Below, in pieces: positions 1 through 9,907 of a stretch of 64,000 nucleotides of DNA (within the stretch, counting starts at the first letter, position 1; every line of letters begins with the position of its first letter). The notes beneath the pieces were generated by a model, which worked only from the letters and a program-made list of their open reading frames with translations, made no database searches and was not told where the DNA came from. The DNA lies in assembly GCA_937625935.1 (NCBI GenBank), contig OW569355.1, forward strand, positions 62,001-126,000, read 5' to 3'. Made by a program: the position numbers and the translations under genes. Source of the stretch: Tetramitus jugosus. Its lineage: Eukaryota > Protista > Heterolobosea.

Positions 1-232
1 AGCTTGTGTCGCCATAAACTCCCTCTGAAAACATTCTTGAGAATTTTGCAAACTGCTGTAGTTTGGAGATGGCTGGTTTTTTCAGTTCGGGATGGAAAAT
101 GTACAAGTCGAATATATACAAAGAGCTCCATCGAATGTTGAAGAAGGAGCAAGGTCTTATGATCACAGAAGTTGGAGTTGAAAGACTTTAACAATTTGTG
201 GTGTCTGATGGTTGATTCTGTAGATCTACAAG

Positions 233-2950
233 TTAATTTAACTGTGTGCAAGGCAAAAGGTCATTTGTGAAGAGGTGACGCATCACCTCCACAAATCTCC
301 TCTTGGTGTTGTCCACAAACCGCTTAGCTTTCAGCTTGGCTACCTCCTTCTTGATTCCACTCTTCTTGAGCCCTTGGGCCTCTTGCTTAACAGCTTGAGT
401 TTCTACCCCTAACATTCCGATCAAATAGTCTTTGCCTGTCTTTCTCTGCTTGTTCATTGCTCGTTTTCCATTGCATCATTGCTGGTTATCAAACCAAATA
501 TCAACACATTGCGACTTATGCAGACCCATAGAGCTTAACCTTTTTGAGACCTCCTTTGAGAGCAAAATCCTGGCCATTCGAGCAACTGGACAGTTCACAA
601 GGCAATGCAAGACCGTCTCTTGCTCAAAATTGCACTTGGGACACGCCGTGTCCATATCTTCCACCCCGTAGAGATGCTTCACCACAGCTTTTGTGTGAAG
701 TGTTTGGCTTTTGACTTGAGCAATGAACCATTCAAGCTTCCTATCAACCCTAAAGGGGCATTTCATAAAGGAGAAGTCTGTTGCACCTCCCAAACATGCC
801 TTCTGAATCCACCACAACTTCTCCCGACCGATCAGATCTCGATACTGCCGAGTGAAAGCATGCCATATCTGCTTTTTTTCAACCACTTCAAAATTGTCCT
901 TGTACATCAGTATTGGTAGGGTTGCAGTAGAACGATCGTGTGTGTCGTTGCATTGTAGGAGTTCAAGGTCCATGAGAATGTATCCATATCTCTTCGCACT
1001 GATGCCAAATTTACCGTGCGCTTTGACAAGCTCGCCATGCTTGACCCATTTACCATTTCTTGTCAGCTGCTCCTTCAAGCTGACACCAATCTTAAAAAAC
1101 TTCTTGACCACATCGTTTGGCTGCGACATGGCAAGGTTACAGCTCAAACAATTGACCTCATCTCCATATGAGACAGTCAAATTGTTGTTGTGCATGCGCT
1201 CCGCACACCACTTGAGGTATGTGTGTCTGACAAGCTCTAGCCTGTTGTTGGACTGAAAGACATTCTCCCTTTGGAATGTTTGCAGAAGCTTGATCTCCTC
1301 AAGCGAGTCCAACATTAGCTTGTGAGCCTCGTTGTCATTCTTTCCTCTCAGCATGTCCTTAACGAACCATGCAGTTCTTACTAGAATGGACTCCTCAATC
1401 TTTCGTAGTCCAAACCCACCGTTGTCACACGAAACCTGCAGCAGATCGGATGGGTATCGCTTCATTGCTACTGATCCTTGTTTTATGAGCGCTTTGCCCA
1501 TCTGATTGACTCTATTGATCCACGCTTTAGTCCAGTGAGTGAATTCACAGGCGTAAAGGAACACCGGGTGGATGCAGGTGTTAATGATTCTAGCCACTTG
1601 TCTCGCTGTGAGTCTCATGATGCCGAGACGGTTCACTACTCTCTTCACCTTTTCGAGTGCCTGCTCCTTTTGTCTTGTCGTACAACCGTTCAGGCTCGTG
1701 AAGAGTCCTAACGCCCTGAAAGTTTTTTCACTTCCATTTGCAGGCACAACAACATTATTAACCGTTATGTTGTGTACTGAGCTACTTCTGCCCATCTTCC
1801 TGACATAGAGTTCCAATTTGTTTGGGTGCATGACCATCCTGAGCATGCTCAACACTTCATTCATTTTGTTAGCGGTCTTCTCAATGGCTTCTCTGTTATT
1901 GGACATTAGGTTGCAGTCATCCACGTACGCTACATTCCAAATGTCTTGCGACATTGCCTCGTAGCCCTTGGCAAAACCAGCGGTGTACATCAGTACCGTT
2001 TGGTGAACGAGCACATATGTCGTCGGAGACAATGAGTCACCTTGTCTCGTGCCTTTCCCCATCAGAAAGCGCCTTGACAACTTACCAGCCATTACTCTGG
2101 CTCCGTTGCCAGTTACCATGTCGTGAACCAAATTGACGATGTGCTCCGGGAATCCAAAGAACGAATACACTTCCTTAATGGCATTATGGGGAACAGAGTC
2201 GAAAGCCTTTGCGATATCAGTCAGGAGGAGGTACAATTGACCATCATTCCTGTTGACATGATCAATGACCCCTCTCATGATTGATAGCTTTTCCCTTATA
2301 TCTCTGAACTTTCGCCCTCCCCCTTGCGTGTTCGTAAACAATGAGGGAGCCTCTGCTGCCTTTGACACTCGGGCATTGAGTAGCCTTGTGAAGAGCTTCG
2401 ACAGAGCGCTTAACAGGCATATAGGTCTGTAATTTGAAATGTCTTGCGCGTCGCCTTTCTTATAGGCAGGAACGATAGTGCATTCCTTCCACCTGTTAGG
2501 AAGCGACCCACTCTCCAGGATATTGTTGAAGAACCCTGATAAAATTTCCGACAGCTCCCAGCTGTAGTCCCTGCTATCTGTCCTTGGTAACTTCAACATT
2601 TCATTGTGGACCCCATCAGGTCCAGGGCACTTTTTGTTTCTAAGCCATCCGATTGAATCGCGCACCTCCTCAGTTGTAATCTGCGTGAATTCCTTTCTGA
2701 TGGTATCTTGAGCACTCGGAGCTGGGATAGTCCTGAGATAGGACATGTCCGCCGTTTCCTTTGAAAACGCAGATTCAAAGTAATATGCTGCTTTTTCCCC
2801 AACACTTTCACTATCAGTACATGTCATATTTCCATCGTTAACTGTGTTGAGTCTGATGCGGTTGGCCTTCTTCGCACTTGCAGCAGAGAAGGCCATACCG
2901 ACTCTTTGGAGAGTTGAGTCCTTGGTTCTCCCTTCACTCCTCTTCACGAC
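233..2950 (-). mobile_element. Non-LTR (LINE-like) retrotransposon, 5'-truncated: RT domain plus C-terminal CCHC zinc knuckle, with one in-frame nonsense codon
   Basis: ORF 476..3166 has RT motifs KCPGPDG, NYRPICLLS, DIAKAFDSV, GTRQGDSLSP and YVDD, plus CPKC-x8-H-x4-C. TGA at 476-478 is followed in frame by ORF 233..457, which matches the C-terminus of the copies at 61-62 kb. No APE or REL endonuclease is visible. The 5' boundary is approximate. Confidence 0.92.
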
Positions 2951-3013
2951 AGAATCAGCTGTAGAAATGATGATTGTTCTTAAAATGTACCTAAGCTTGT
3001 CTCGCGTGTACAC

Positions 3014-3055
3014 TCCATTTTCTCTCGTGCGTGGGTTCGAATCCGACCGACCACG
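3014..3055 (+). pseudogene. tRNA-Ser-like 3' half (T arm/B box plus acceptor 3' strand)
   Basis: TCCATT..GCGTGGGTTCGAATCCGACCGACCACG resembles eukaryotic tRNA-Ser 3' halves. B box GGTTCGAATCC at 3034-3044, one T-stem mismatch, G discriminator. No 5' half or D arm is found upstream. Confidence 0.6.
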
Positions 3056-3384
3056 AGTGTATCTGAAGTGGCGACGGAGACAGGCCGAAAATCCCCCTGC
3101 TTCTAACACCAAGACAAGAGATGTCAAGGTTCTCTCTGAACATTCCTTCTTGAGAATCTCATTCATGGTGAAGGACTGTTTTGCGACAATAGCAAAGAAA
3201 AATAGGAGGCGATAAGCTTCATATTAAGAATACTAAATTCTATACTACACGCCTCCTTTCGGCGCACCTTCCTCCTTCGTACTAGAAACACGCGAGCGAA
3301 AACAAATTGGACTCCCCTTGGATCGGAAAGTAACTTGATTCCGACGAACAAAATTTGTTCACCAAAAAACGTAACCACTGCAAC

Positions 3385-4278
3385 ATGACCAATTACTTGT
3401 TTGATTTCTTCCAAAACTATAAGCCTGGTAGCGCCCTCCACAAACGCAATGGAGGACGTTATGTCGAACTATCATTATCAGGCCACTGTTTACCCAAAGA
3501 AATCGCGATGGGTATTGCAGAATATGTCCCCTTGAATGATTACATTCACTTGTTCTTGTTAAATTCTAGCTGGAACAATCTATTGAATCAAGATGAGTAT
3601 TGGCAGAAGCGTTTTATTGACGATTTCTCAGGAGATGAGAGGCAAGAACTCTGTTTGTTCCATCAGTCTGATAAAGGGAAAAGAGGGAAAACGTGGAAAG
3701 ATCTATACGGTCTTCGTTTTAAATACGAGAGTATTCATAAGAAATGGCAACTACCCCTCTATCATCCAGAGTTCATTAAAGCAATGGGCAACGTTCTGGT
3801 TCTAGGTTCAGGAAACGGTATCGGAACAACAACCTTGTTCAATGCCATTCTGAACCATCGATTTGATGACCGAACCAATCGAAATGCTGATCAAGACATT
3901 GCTGTTCCAAACTATCAAATGGGTTCATCAACATTAACCATGTATTACTCTGATCTCCCATTCTCCTCTCATGCAGTTATTGAGGTCATTCTGTACTTAT
4001 TTGATCTTTCTAACCCTAAATCATTGGAATACATTCTCAAAACAAAGAGTGTAGAAATGAGTATGAAAAGCTGGGTGAATGACTGCCAAGTGGTTCTGGT
4101 TGGATTGAAAAGTGATCTGAAGAACGATAACACTTTAAGTTATCAGGCTTTCGATCACTGTGTACAGAAGGGTTGGACCTATTGGGAACTCAGCTGCAAA
4201 TCAAGAGTTGATCAAGTTGAGACACTTGAGCACATGTGTGTATTCTATGTTATTGAGAAAATTAGACAAAAGATGTGA
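3385..4278 (+). CDS. F-box protein fused to a degenerate Ras/Rho-like small GTPase domain
   Basis: LPKEIAMGIAEYV..SSWNNLL..YWQKRF (F-box); VLVLGSGNGIGTTT (G1-like), YLFDLSN, VLVGLKSDL (G4), ELSCK (G5). First ATG at 3385. Confidence 0.72.
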   Translation: MTNYLFDFFQNYKPGSALHKRNGGRYVELSLSGHCLPKEIAMGIAEYVPLNDYIHLFLLNSSWNNLLNQDEYWQKRFIDDFSGDERQELCLFHQSDKGKRGKTWKDLYGLRFKYESIHKKWQLPLYHPEFIKAMGNVLVLGSGNGIGTTTLFNAILNHRFDDRTNRNADQDIAVPNYQMGSSTLTMYYSDLPFSSHAVIEVILYLFDLSNPKSLEYILKTKSVEMSMKSWVNDCQVVLVGLKSDLKNDNTLSYQAFDHCVQKGWTYWELSCKSRVDQVETLEHMCVFYVIEKIRQKM

Positions 4279-4331
4279 TGTTGAACTAGATAGTAGTAGT
4301 TCAATAAAATGAAAGAGAGACAATTACTCTG

Positions 4332-4604
4332 TTAATATTTATACAAGCATTGACCACTTCTACAATCTTTAGAGAAAGCACCGTCTTTCTGATCACAGTA
4401 ACCACCATTACATTGTCCAGGGCTAGTTTGGGTTCAGTCAAGACCCCACCATCCATCTTTGTAGCTCTGTGAGCATGGTTCTCCCTTCTGAGAGATGGTT
4501 GTAGAGGTAGTTGGCGGGACTCCAGTACACAGGCCTTGAGAACTCGTAGCCACCGTAACATTTGCCAGATTTAACACTATGAATAAGAACAGAGTTGCTG
4601 TCAT
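4332..4604 (-). pseudogene. Small secreted Cys-rich protein interrupted by an in-frame TGA
   Basis: Signal-like MTATLFLFIVLNLANVTVA, then ..CTG..EPCSQ..GWWGLD*TQTSPGQCNGGYCDQKDGAFSKDCRSGQCLYKY* read through the TGA at 4434-4436. Confidence 0.4.
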
Positions 4605-4777
4605 TGCGTCCGTTGTTCTTCTGTTCCTGGAGTGATACGACCAAGAACAATTAGAGACAACGGACATATCTTGGGTTTAGAACTCCGAAAGATGGCACGG
4701 TCACTTGATTAACTTTATTTAAGCTTCCTCTGGAGGATTGGTTTTTGGAGCAGAAAACAGCAATAAGACGAAAAAAA

Positions 4778-5593
4778 ATGGGACAAAGTCAAACATCTGA
4801 ATCGCATCAGCAGCAAAGCTCGTGCCAACCTGATCCATCTGCAACAAGAGAAATCTTGTTTGCAGGAAGCCAACCTACTCTCTTCTCGACAGAAGAAGCC
4901 TCCATCCTGCGATCACATCTCCCTGATCGTCACCAAAAACATGATGTGTGGAATCTGTTGTACAACTCGGCACGCGACGGAGTTTCAGTTCGTACCTTTT
5001 ACAATTCTGTCATGAATCGAGGCCCACAGTTCCTGATTATCAAGGATCAAAAGGGTTATGTATTCGGGGCGTTTGTCAGTGAAGCATGGGACAAGAAGGT
5101 AAATTTTTATGGATCGGATGAATGCTTTGTCTTTCAATTGAAACCCACTCTCCAAGTGTTTAAAGCAGCCTCCAAGATCAATCGTAACTTTATGTACTTT
5201 AATTTTGGGAATCCTTCGCATAGCCCCATCTACAACGGATTAGGCATCGGGGGCCAAGTCAAATTCTTTGCCCTGGAACTTCGGTCAGAGTTTACATCTG
5301 GTGTAAGCAATGCTCACTGTGCTACCTTTCAGTCCCCGTGCTTGGCAAGTGACACAAATTTTGATGTAGTGGAAATTGAAGCTTGGGGATTTCCATTAGA
5401 TGCCAAATCAGAAGAAGCGTTGAGAGATACGTTGCGGATGCAATCACTCATTCAACAAAAGGCCAGAAAGGTTGATCCTAAGGACTTTATTGGAGATATG
5501 ACATTGATGCAGCATGCTGGTATCAATATTGGAGAAAGTGGATATATACAAGAGAAACTTGAGAAGCATTCCCAGCAGGACAGTAGTCAGTAG
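4778..5593 (+). CDS. TLDc-domain protein, MEAK7/TLDC1-like, with N-myristoylation motif
   Basis: MGQSQTS start; WNLLYNSARDG, GYVFGAF, FYGSDECFVF, NGLGIGGQ, CATFQSPCL, EIEAWG. Confidence 0.85.
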   Translation: MGQSQTSESHQQQSSCQPDPSATREILFAGSQPTLFSTEEASILRSHLPDRHQKHDVWNLLYNSARDGVSVRTFYNSVMNRGPQFLIIKDQKGYVFGAFVSEAWDKKVNFYGSDECFVFQLKPTLQVFKAASKINRNFMYFNFGNPSHSPIYNGLGIGGQVKFFALELRSEFTSGVSNAHCATFQSPCLASDTNFDVVEIEAWGFPLDAKSEEALRDTLRMQSLIQQKARKVDPKDFIGDMTLMQHAGINIGESGYIQEKLEKHSQQDSSQ

Positions 5594-5645
5594 AACAATG
5601 ATGGACGTCATTTTAGTAAAAATATGTAAATATCTCGGCACCTGT

Positions 5646-7130
5646 TTATCTGGCAAACTTGTGGAAATGCGGAGCATACATGTTATGGACCATGAGTTGT
5701 CGATACACCTTTGTAAAGTGGTGCGTTCCAACATGGACTGATTGTATTCGGTCGTACTTGCCCAGTAAATCTGAGCATCCAATCGCTGACTCTCCCAAAG
5801 AAATAGCTCGAAAGATGACATTCAACATGGAATCATTTTCGTTCCAGTAGCTGTATGAAGTGTTTTTGAGGTTTCTCCAATTTGTCAGACCCTCTTTGAA
5901 TATCTCATTGTAATCCTTCTCTGCGAACGCCCCAGCGCATAAGTGAACCTCTGAAGGTCTTTGATCATTTGCCAATAACTTAATTGCCTCGACGGCATGC
6001 TTTGCTCCGAGACTATGAGCCACAATTCTCACCTTCTTGTACTTGTCATTCAATTTAACTAGTTCATCTCTAAGTAAGTGAGCATATTGTTGTGCATTGA
6101 CATTTGCTTGCTGAAACTCCAAGTATCCAACAACGACTGTGAGTGCCACATCTTGCAACACTGTTCCCAAGAGCAGTGTAGGATTGAAGAATTTGGTTAT
6201 TGATGTTCCTCTGTACAACATGGTTACAATTTGAAAAGCAGCATATGTTAACGTTGCTACTGGTAGTGGTAGACCGCTGAAAGAAAGCGGAATCTCATCA
6301 GATCCTAACTTTCCCTCATTCTTTAGCTCCTCATGTTTCTTCTTCTGGCCCAGAGATGAGTAATCAAACTGGTGAGGAAAGCGCCCATTTGGCCATTCCC
6401 AACCATATGCTCTATCACCCCACATGTGACTCGACTTTTGAGAGAGTTCGATGTGCGATTGTCGCCAATATCGAAAATACGATCGATCAAACACCCTGTC
6501 ATCGTTCTCTGGTGGTTTTAATCCACGATCTTCATCTGGATCCCTCCTTAGTAGAAACGATGGAACGGATAAACTCGTATTCGTATGACTGGACAAGAAC
6601 CCTCGGACATAAACAGTGCATTCGTCCAGCTTGTCCTTGGCTTGCATACGGTGATGCTGGTCTTGATGCGACAACAATGGAGACTGACCAGGTGTAAGCA
6701 AGTGATCATCATGCAATGTGATCATACGGAATACATGAGGACGTTCTTCCGAGCTCCTGAATGGATCAGCTTGCTTGATTTCTTCATCTTGATCATCGTC
6801 ATCATATCCATTGTGAGGAGGAACTCTTTTCACCGCATTCGGGGTAGGAGTCTTCTGACTCATCATGGATCCAAAAGTCGAAGCCGCAGAAGTAGCTGCA
6901 GCAGATGCACTCGAAGCAACAGAGGAGGCTGCGGCTGATGCAGCTGATGCAGCAGAGGGAACTGTAGTGGAAAGCTGGTTCCAGGCTTCCAAAATCTTTT
7001 CATTCAGAATTTCTTGGATCTGAGATGGAGTTGGAAAGGAGATGTAACTTCGACTCGGTTGATGATAATACCTTGAGCTAAAACCATTCTTGCGGCTGCG
7101 CAGAGCCACATTCAAACAAGATCTATTCAT
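5646..7130 (-). CDS. Alpha/beta-hydrolase-fold protein (DUF726/DUF900-like), possible mitochondrial presequence
   Basis: Nucleophile elbow IVAHSLGA, EVHLCAGAF, NENDSML, C-terminal His; Arg/Ser-rich, acid-free N-terminus. Confidence 0.7.
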   Translation of the reverse strand: MNRSCLNVALRSRKNGFSSRYYHQPSRSYISFPTPSQIQEILNEKILEAWNQLSTTVPSAASAASAAASSVASSASAAATSAASTFGSMMSQKTPTPNAVKRVPPHNGYDDDDQDEEIKQADPFRSSEERPHVFRMITLHDDHLLTPGQSPLLSHQDQHHRMQAKDKLDECTVYVRGFLSSHTNTSLSVPSFLLRRDPDEDRGLKPPENDDRVFDRSYFRYWRQSHIELSQKSSHMWGDRAYGWEWPNGRFPHQFDYSSLGQKKKHEELKNEGKLGSDEIPLSFSGLPLPVATLTYAAFQIVTMLYRGTSITKFFNPTLLLGTVLQDVALTVVVGYLEFQQANVNAQQYAHLLRDELVKLNDKYKKVRIVAHSLGAKHAVEAIKLLANDQRPSEVHLCAGAFAEKDYNEIFKEGLTNWRNLKNTSYSYWNENDSMLNVIFRAISLGESAIGCSDLLGKYDRIQSVHVGTHHFTKVYRQLMVHNMYAPHFHKFAR

Positions 7131-7308
7131 TTTTTGTCTCCGGAACTTTTATCCAATGTTCTGTTTTTATCCGACAACTTCATTTGACTCTGTGAAATTT
7201 CAACAAGTTCATGGAAGTTTTTGTAAGATCACGCCGACACTCCGACTTTCAACAAGGCAAAACGATTGTTGTCGAACTGGAAAAAAAATTTAAATCACGA
7301 CGACAACG

Positions 7309-9853
7309 ATGATGCAGTTTGGAGAATCCTCTTTTGCAGTCAATAAACCTTCTGCTACCACCAACACCAATACAAACAACCCACTCACCAACAACAACAA
7401 CAACTATACGACAACAGCAGACTCTGCTGAAGACGATCCAATGGACACTGAACCATTTGAAAACTTGTATGAAGAGTCAAAGAGACTTGTCGTAGGCAGT
7501 GATTTTGGTAGCTCTGTTGTTCAACACCGCTTGGATGCACTAGAGAGAGGAATTTCAAGGAATTTGGCCAGTGTTCTCCAACAATCTCAAATGTTGAAGG
7601 AGAAGAATAAGAGAATTGCTGAAGTGGGTCCAAAGAGTGATTACCTGCTGTCTCAGAAGGGATTCAATGTTGAGAGATACAAGAATAGTCTATTGGCCAT
7701 TAAACCATCGACTCATGTCGAACCATCAATGGACATGTTGGATATGGAAACGTACTTGAGACGTCAACAATCATTGGTCATTCTACAGACGATTGAAGAT
7801 GCAAAAAAAGCAACGAGCAATCGTTTCTATGCCAATTATGAACAGTTTGTGAAGAGAGATTGGGAGGAAAATGTGAGAAAACGAGTGGAGAATCAAGTGT
7901 TTATGCCAACGAGAGAAGAACTCATGTTGCCAATGAGTGCCAGTCATATGTTTACGCCAGTCAAGGGAGATGTCATGTCATCGCCTCTCACGACAACTTC
8001 TACGACGTTTGCATCTGGTTACAGTGCAAGTGGAACAACGCCATACACACTCTCCACTCCATCTCTATTGCCAGTGGAAAAGAGGTATGAAACGAGAGGA
8101 AAGATGACTGGTCGCGTGGCACAATACGCTCAAGTGTTGAATCAATGGATGATGACGACCACTACGACATTGAACCAATCATTTGATCTCATTCAACAAT
8201 TCAAACAACAAACAGAAATCATATCGGACGTTCAAGAGAAGTCAGAAGTGATTGAATGTTGGAATTTGTTGCGATATTTGGTCGAGGATCGCAACAGAGG
8301 AGCCATCAAAGCACTAGCCAATCAATACTTGACACTTGTGAAAACAATTGTAAAGAATCATTATGCTACGAGTCGAAAGGAAGCCATTAGAGAGAATAAG
8401 CTGTACATGGTGAGTGACAATATGCGAGAAGTGGAGAGATATGTTGAGATTTTAGTCGAAAATGACAAGTCATACTCTGAGACATCTGAACGATTCCAGA
8501 TTAGCAATGGAAAATTCTTGCCTCTGTGGGCACTTGTTTATTATTGCATCAGATGTGGTTTGCGCGATGATGCATTAGCCATCTTGAAGAGATGTGGACA
8601 TGAAGGCAGACCCGTTTTGACAAGACTCATTTCAGGTCAAGCCGAGCAAATGTATGATTCTTTTGTTGTTCAAGTTATTCTCTTTTTGTGCTTCATAACG
8701 AAAGCTAACACCTTTTTATTTTAGCTCCCATGAAACAATTGACAAGGAAAGCAAACAACTACCAACCGATAAATACTTGAATGCTCTCTATCTGGTACTA
8801 GGCAAGCTCTCTCCAGACAAGAACCATGCTGATATTTTCACAACGACCGAAGACTGGATCTGGTACAAATTGAATGTGAAGAATATTAGTGATCTTCAGA
8901 GTCTGATTTTGAATTTTGGTCCTGATCACTTCTGTCGTGGTACCAATGTGATGAGATACTTTAAACTACTACTGCTAACACAGCAATTCTCAGAGGCAAT
9001 CAAATATTTATTTAATCAAAATGGTGGACAGTTTGCAATTGAAGCTGTTCACTTTGCCATAGCGATCAATTATTACCATCTCGAACAACCTCAGAAGCTT
9101 CAATTTGCTAATATTATCAACGATTATGTACGAATGCTCTCTCAATGTGATGTACGAAGTGCAATCTCCTATTTGCTTCTGTTGAGAGAAGATGAACAAT
9201 TTGAAAAGTATCTCATATCATTTGTATTTGAGATTGATGATGTGGCTCTCTTATTTGGTACGAGTGATGCTTCGAGAGCTGGATTGCTTGCTATTTTACC
9301 GGATCATATTTTGAGATCACTCATCAAGAAGGTTGCTGAAGAATACAAAAACAAGGCACGGTACAAGGAAGCCATCAACCTCTATTATATTGCTTATTTC
9401 AAGGGCGAACACTGTCAAAAGGCTATTGTCGAGAGTGCTACCAAATTCCTCAGAGATAGCCTCCTTCAGGAAGCACCTACGAATGATGCCTTGGCAGCAG
9501 CAAGTATCATTCTTTCATCAAAGGACAGCGAATTCATTGGTGAAACAGATACTCTTCGCTTGCTCATTAACATTGCCAAGTTCTTTGCCCAGCCCTCAAA
9601 GGAAACCCTGAAGCAATACATGTCCGACATCTTACCTCTCAGGGGAGATATTGATAAGTGTATTGAGATTGCCAATGTTCACGAAGATGTGAAACAACTC
9701 TATTCGCGCATTCTATTACTTGCTGGTCAAATCTTAGCAGACGACAGGCAAGCAATCCAAAACCTGTTCAACTTTGCAGGACGCATTAACCAGTACATCT
9801 CGATAGATTGCTCTAGATATCTCTTCCAGTTGAACTCTCAATTAAACCAATAA
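7309..9853 (+). CDS. NUP93: Nucleoporin Nup93/Nic96 (2 exons; intron 8652-8724)
   Basis: LWALVYYCIRCG, TTEDWIWYKL, YFKLLLLTQQFSEAI, EAVHFAIA. The intron GTATGA..GCTAAC..TTAG joins ORFs 7309 and 8777 in frame. Confidence 0.9.
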
Positions 9854-9907
9854 AAACATATTGCAAGACGAATCAAGTTGTCATGTGAAACTCGCAAAGT
9901 TTTATTC

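Noticed and set aside
1-190. Possible 3' end of a plus-strand gene at the window edge
   Set aside because: An open frame ends near 190, but it is too short to support a call.
2960-3166. First ~70 aa of the 896-aa ORF as a real N-terminal domain
   Set aside because: It runs antisense through a tRNA remnant and has no endonuclease motifs; probably chance read-through into flanking DNA.
476-4436. TGA reassigned to an amino acid (in-frame TGAs at 476 and 4434)
   Set aside because: TGA ends several intact genes here (kinase, GH81, giant adhesin, F-box gene), so ordinary nonsense mutations are the simpler explanation.
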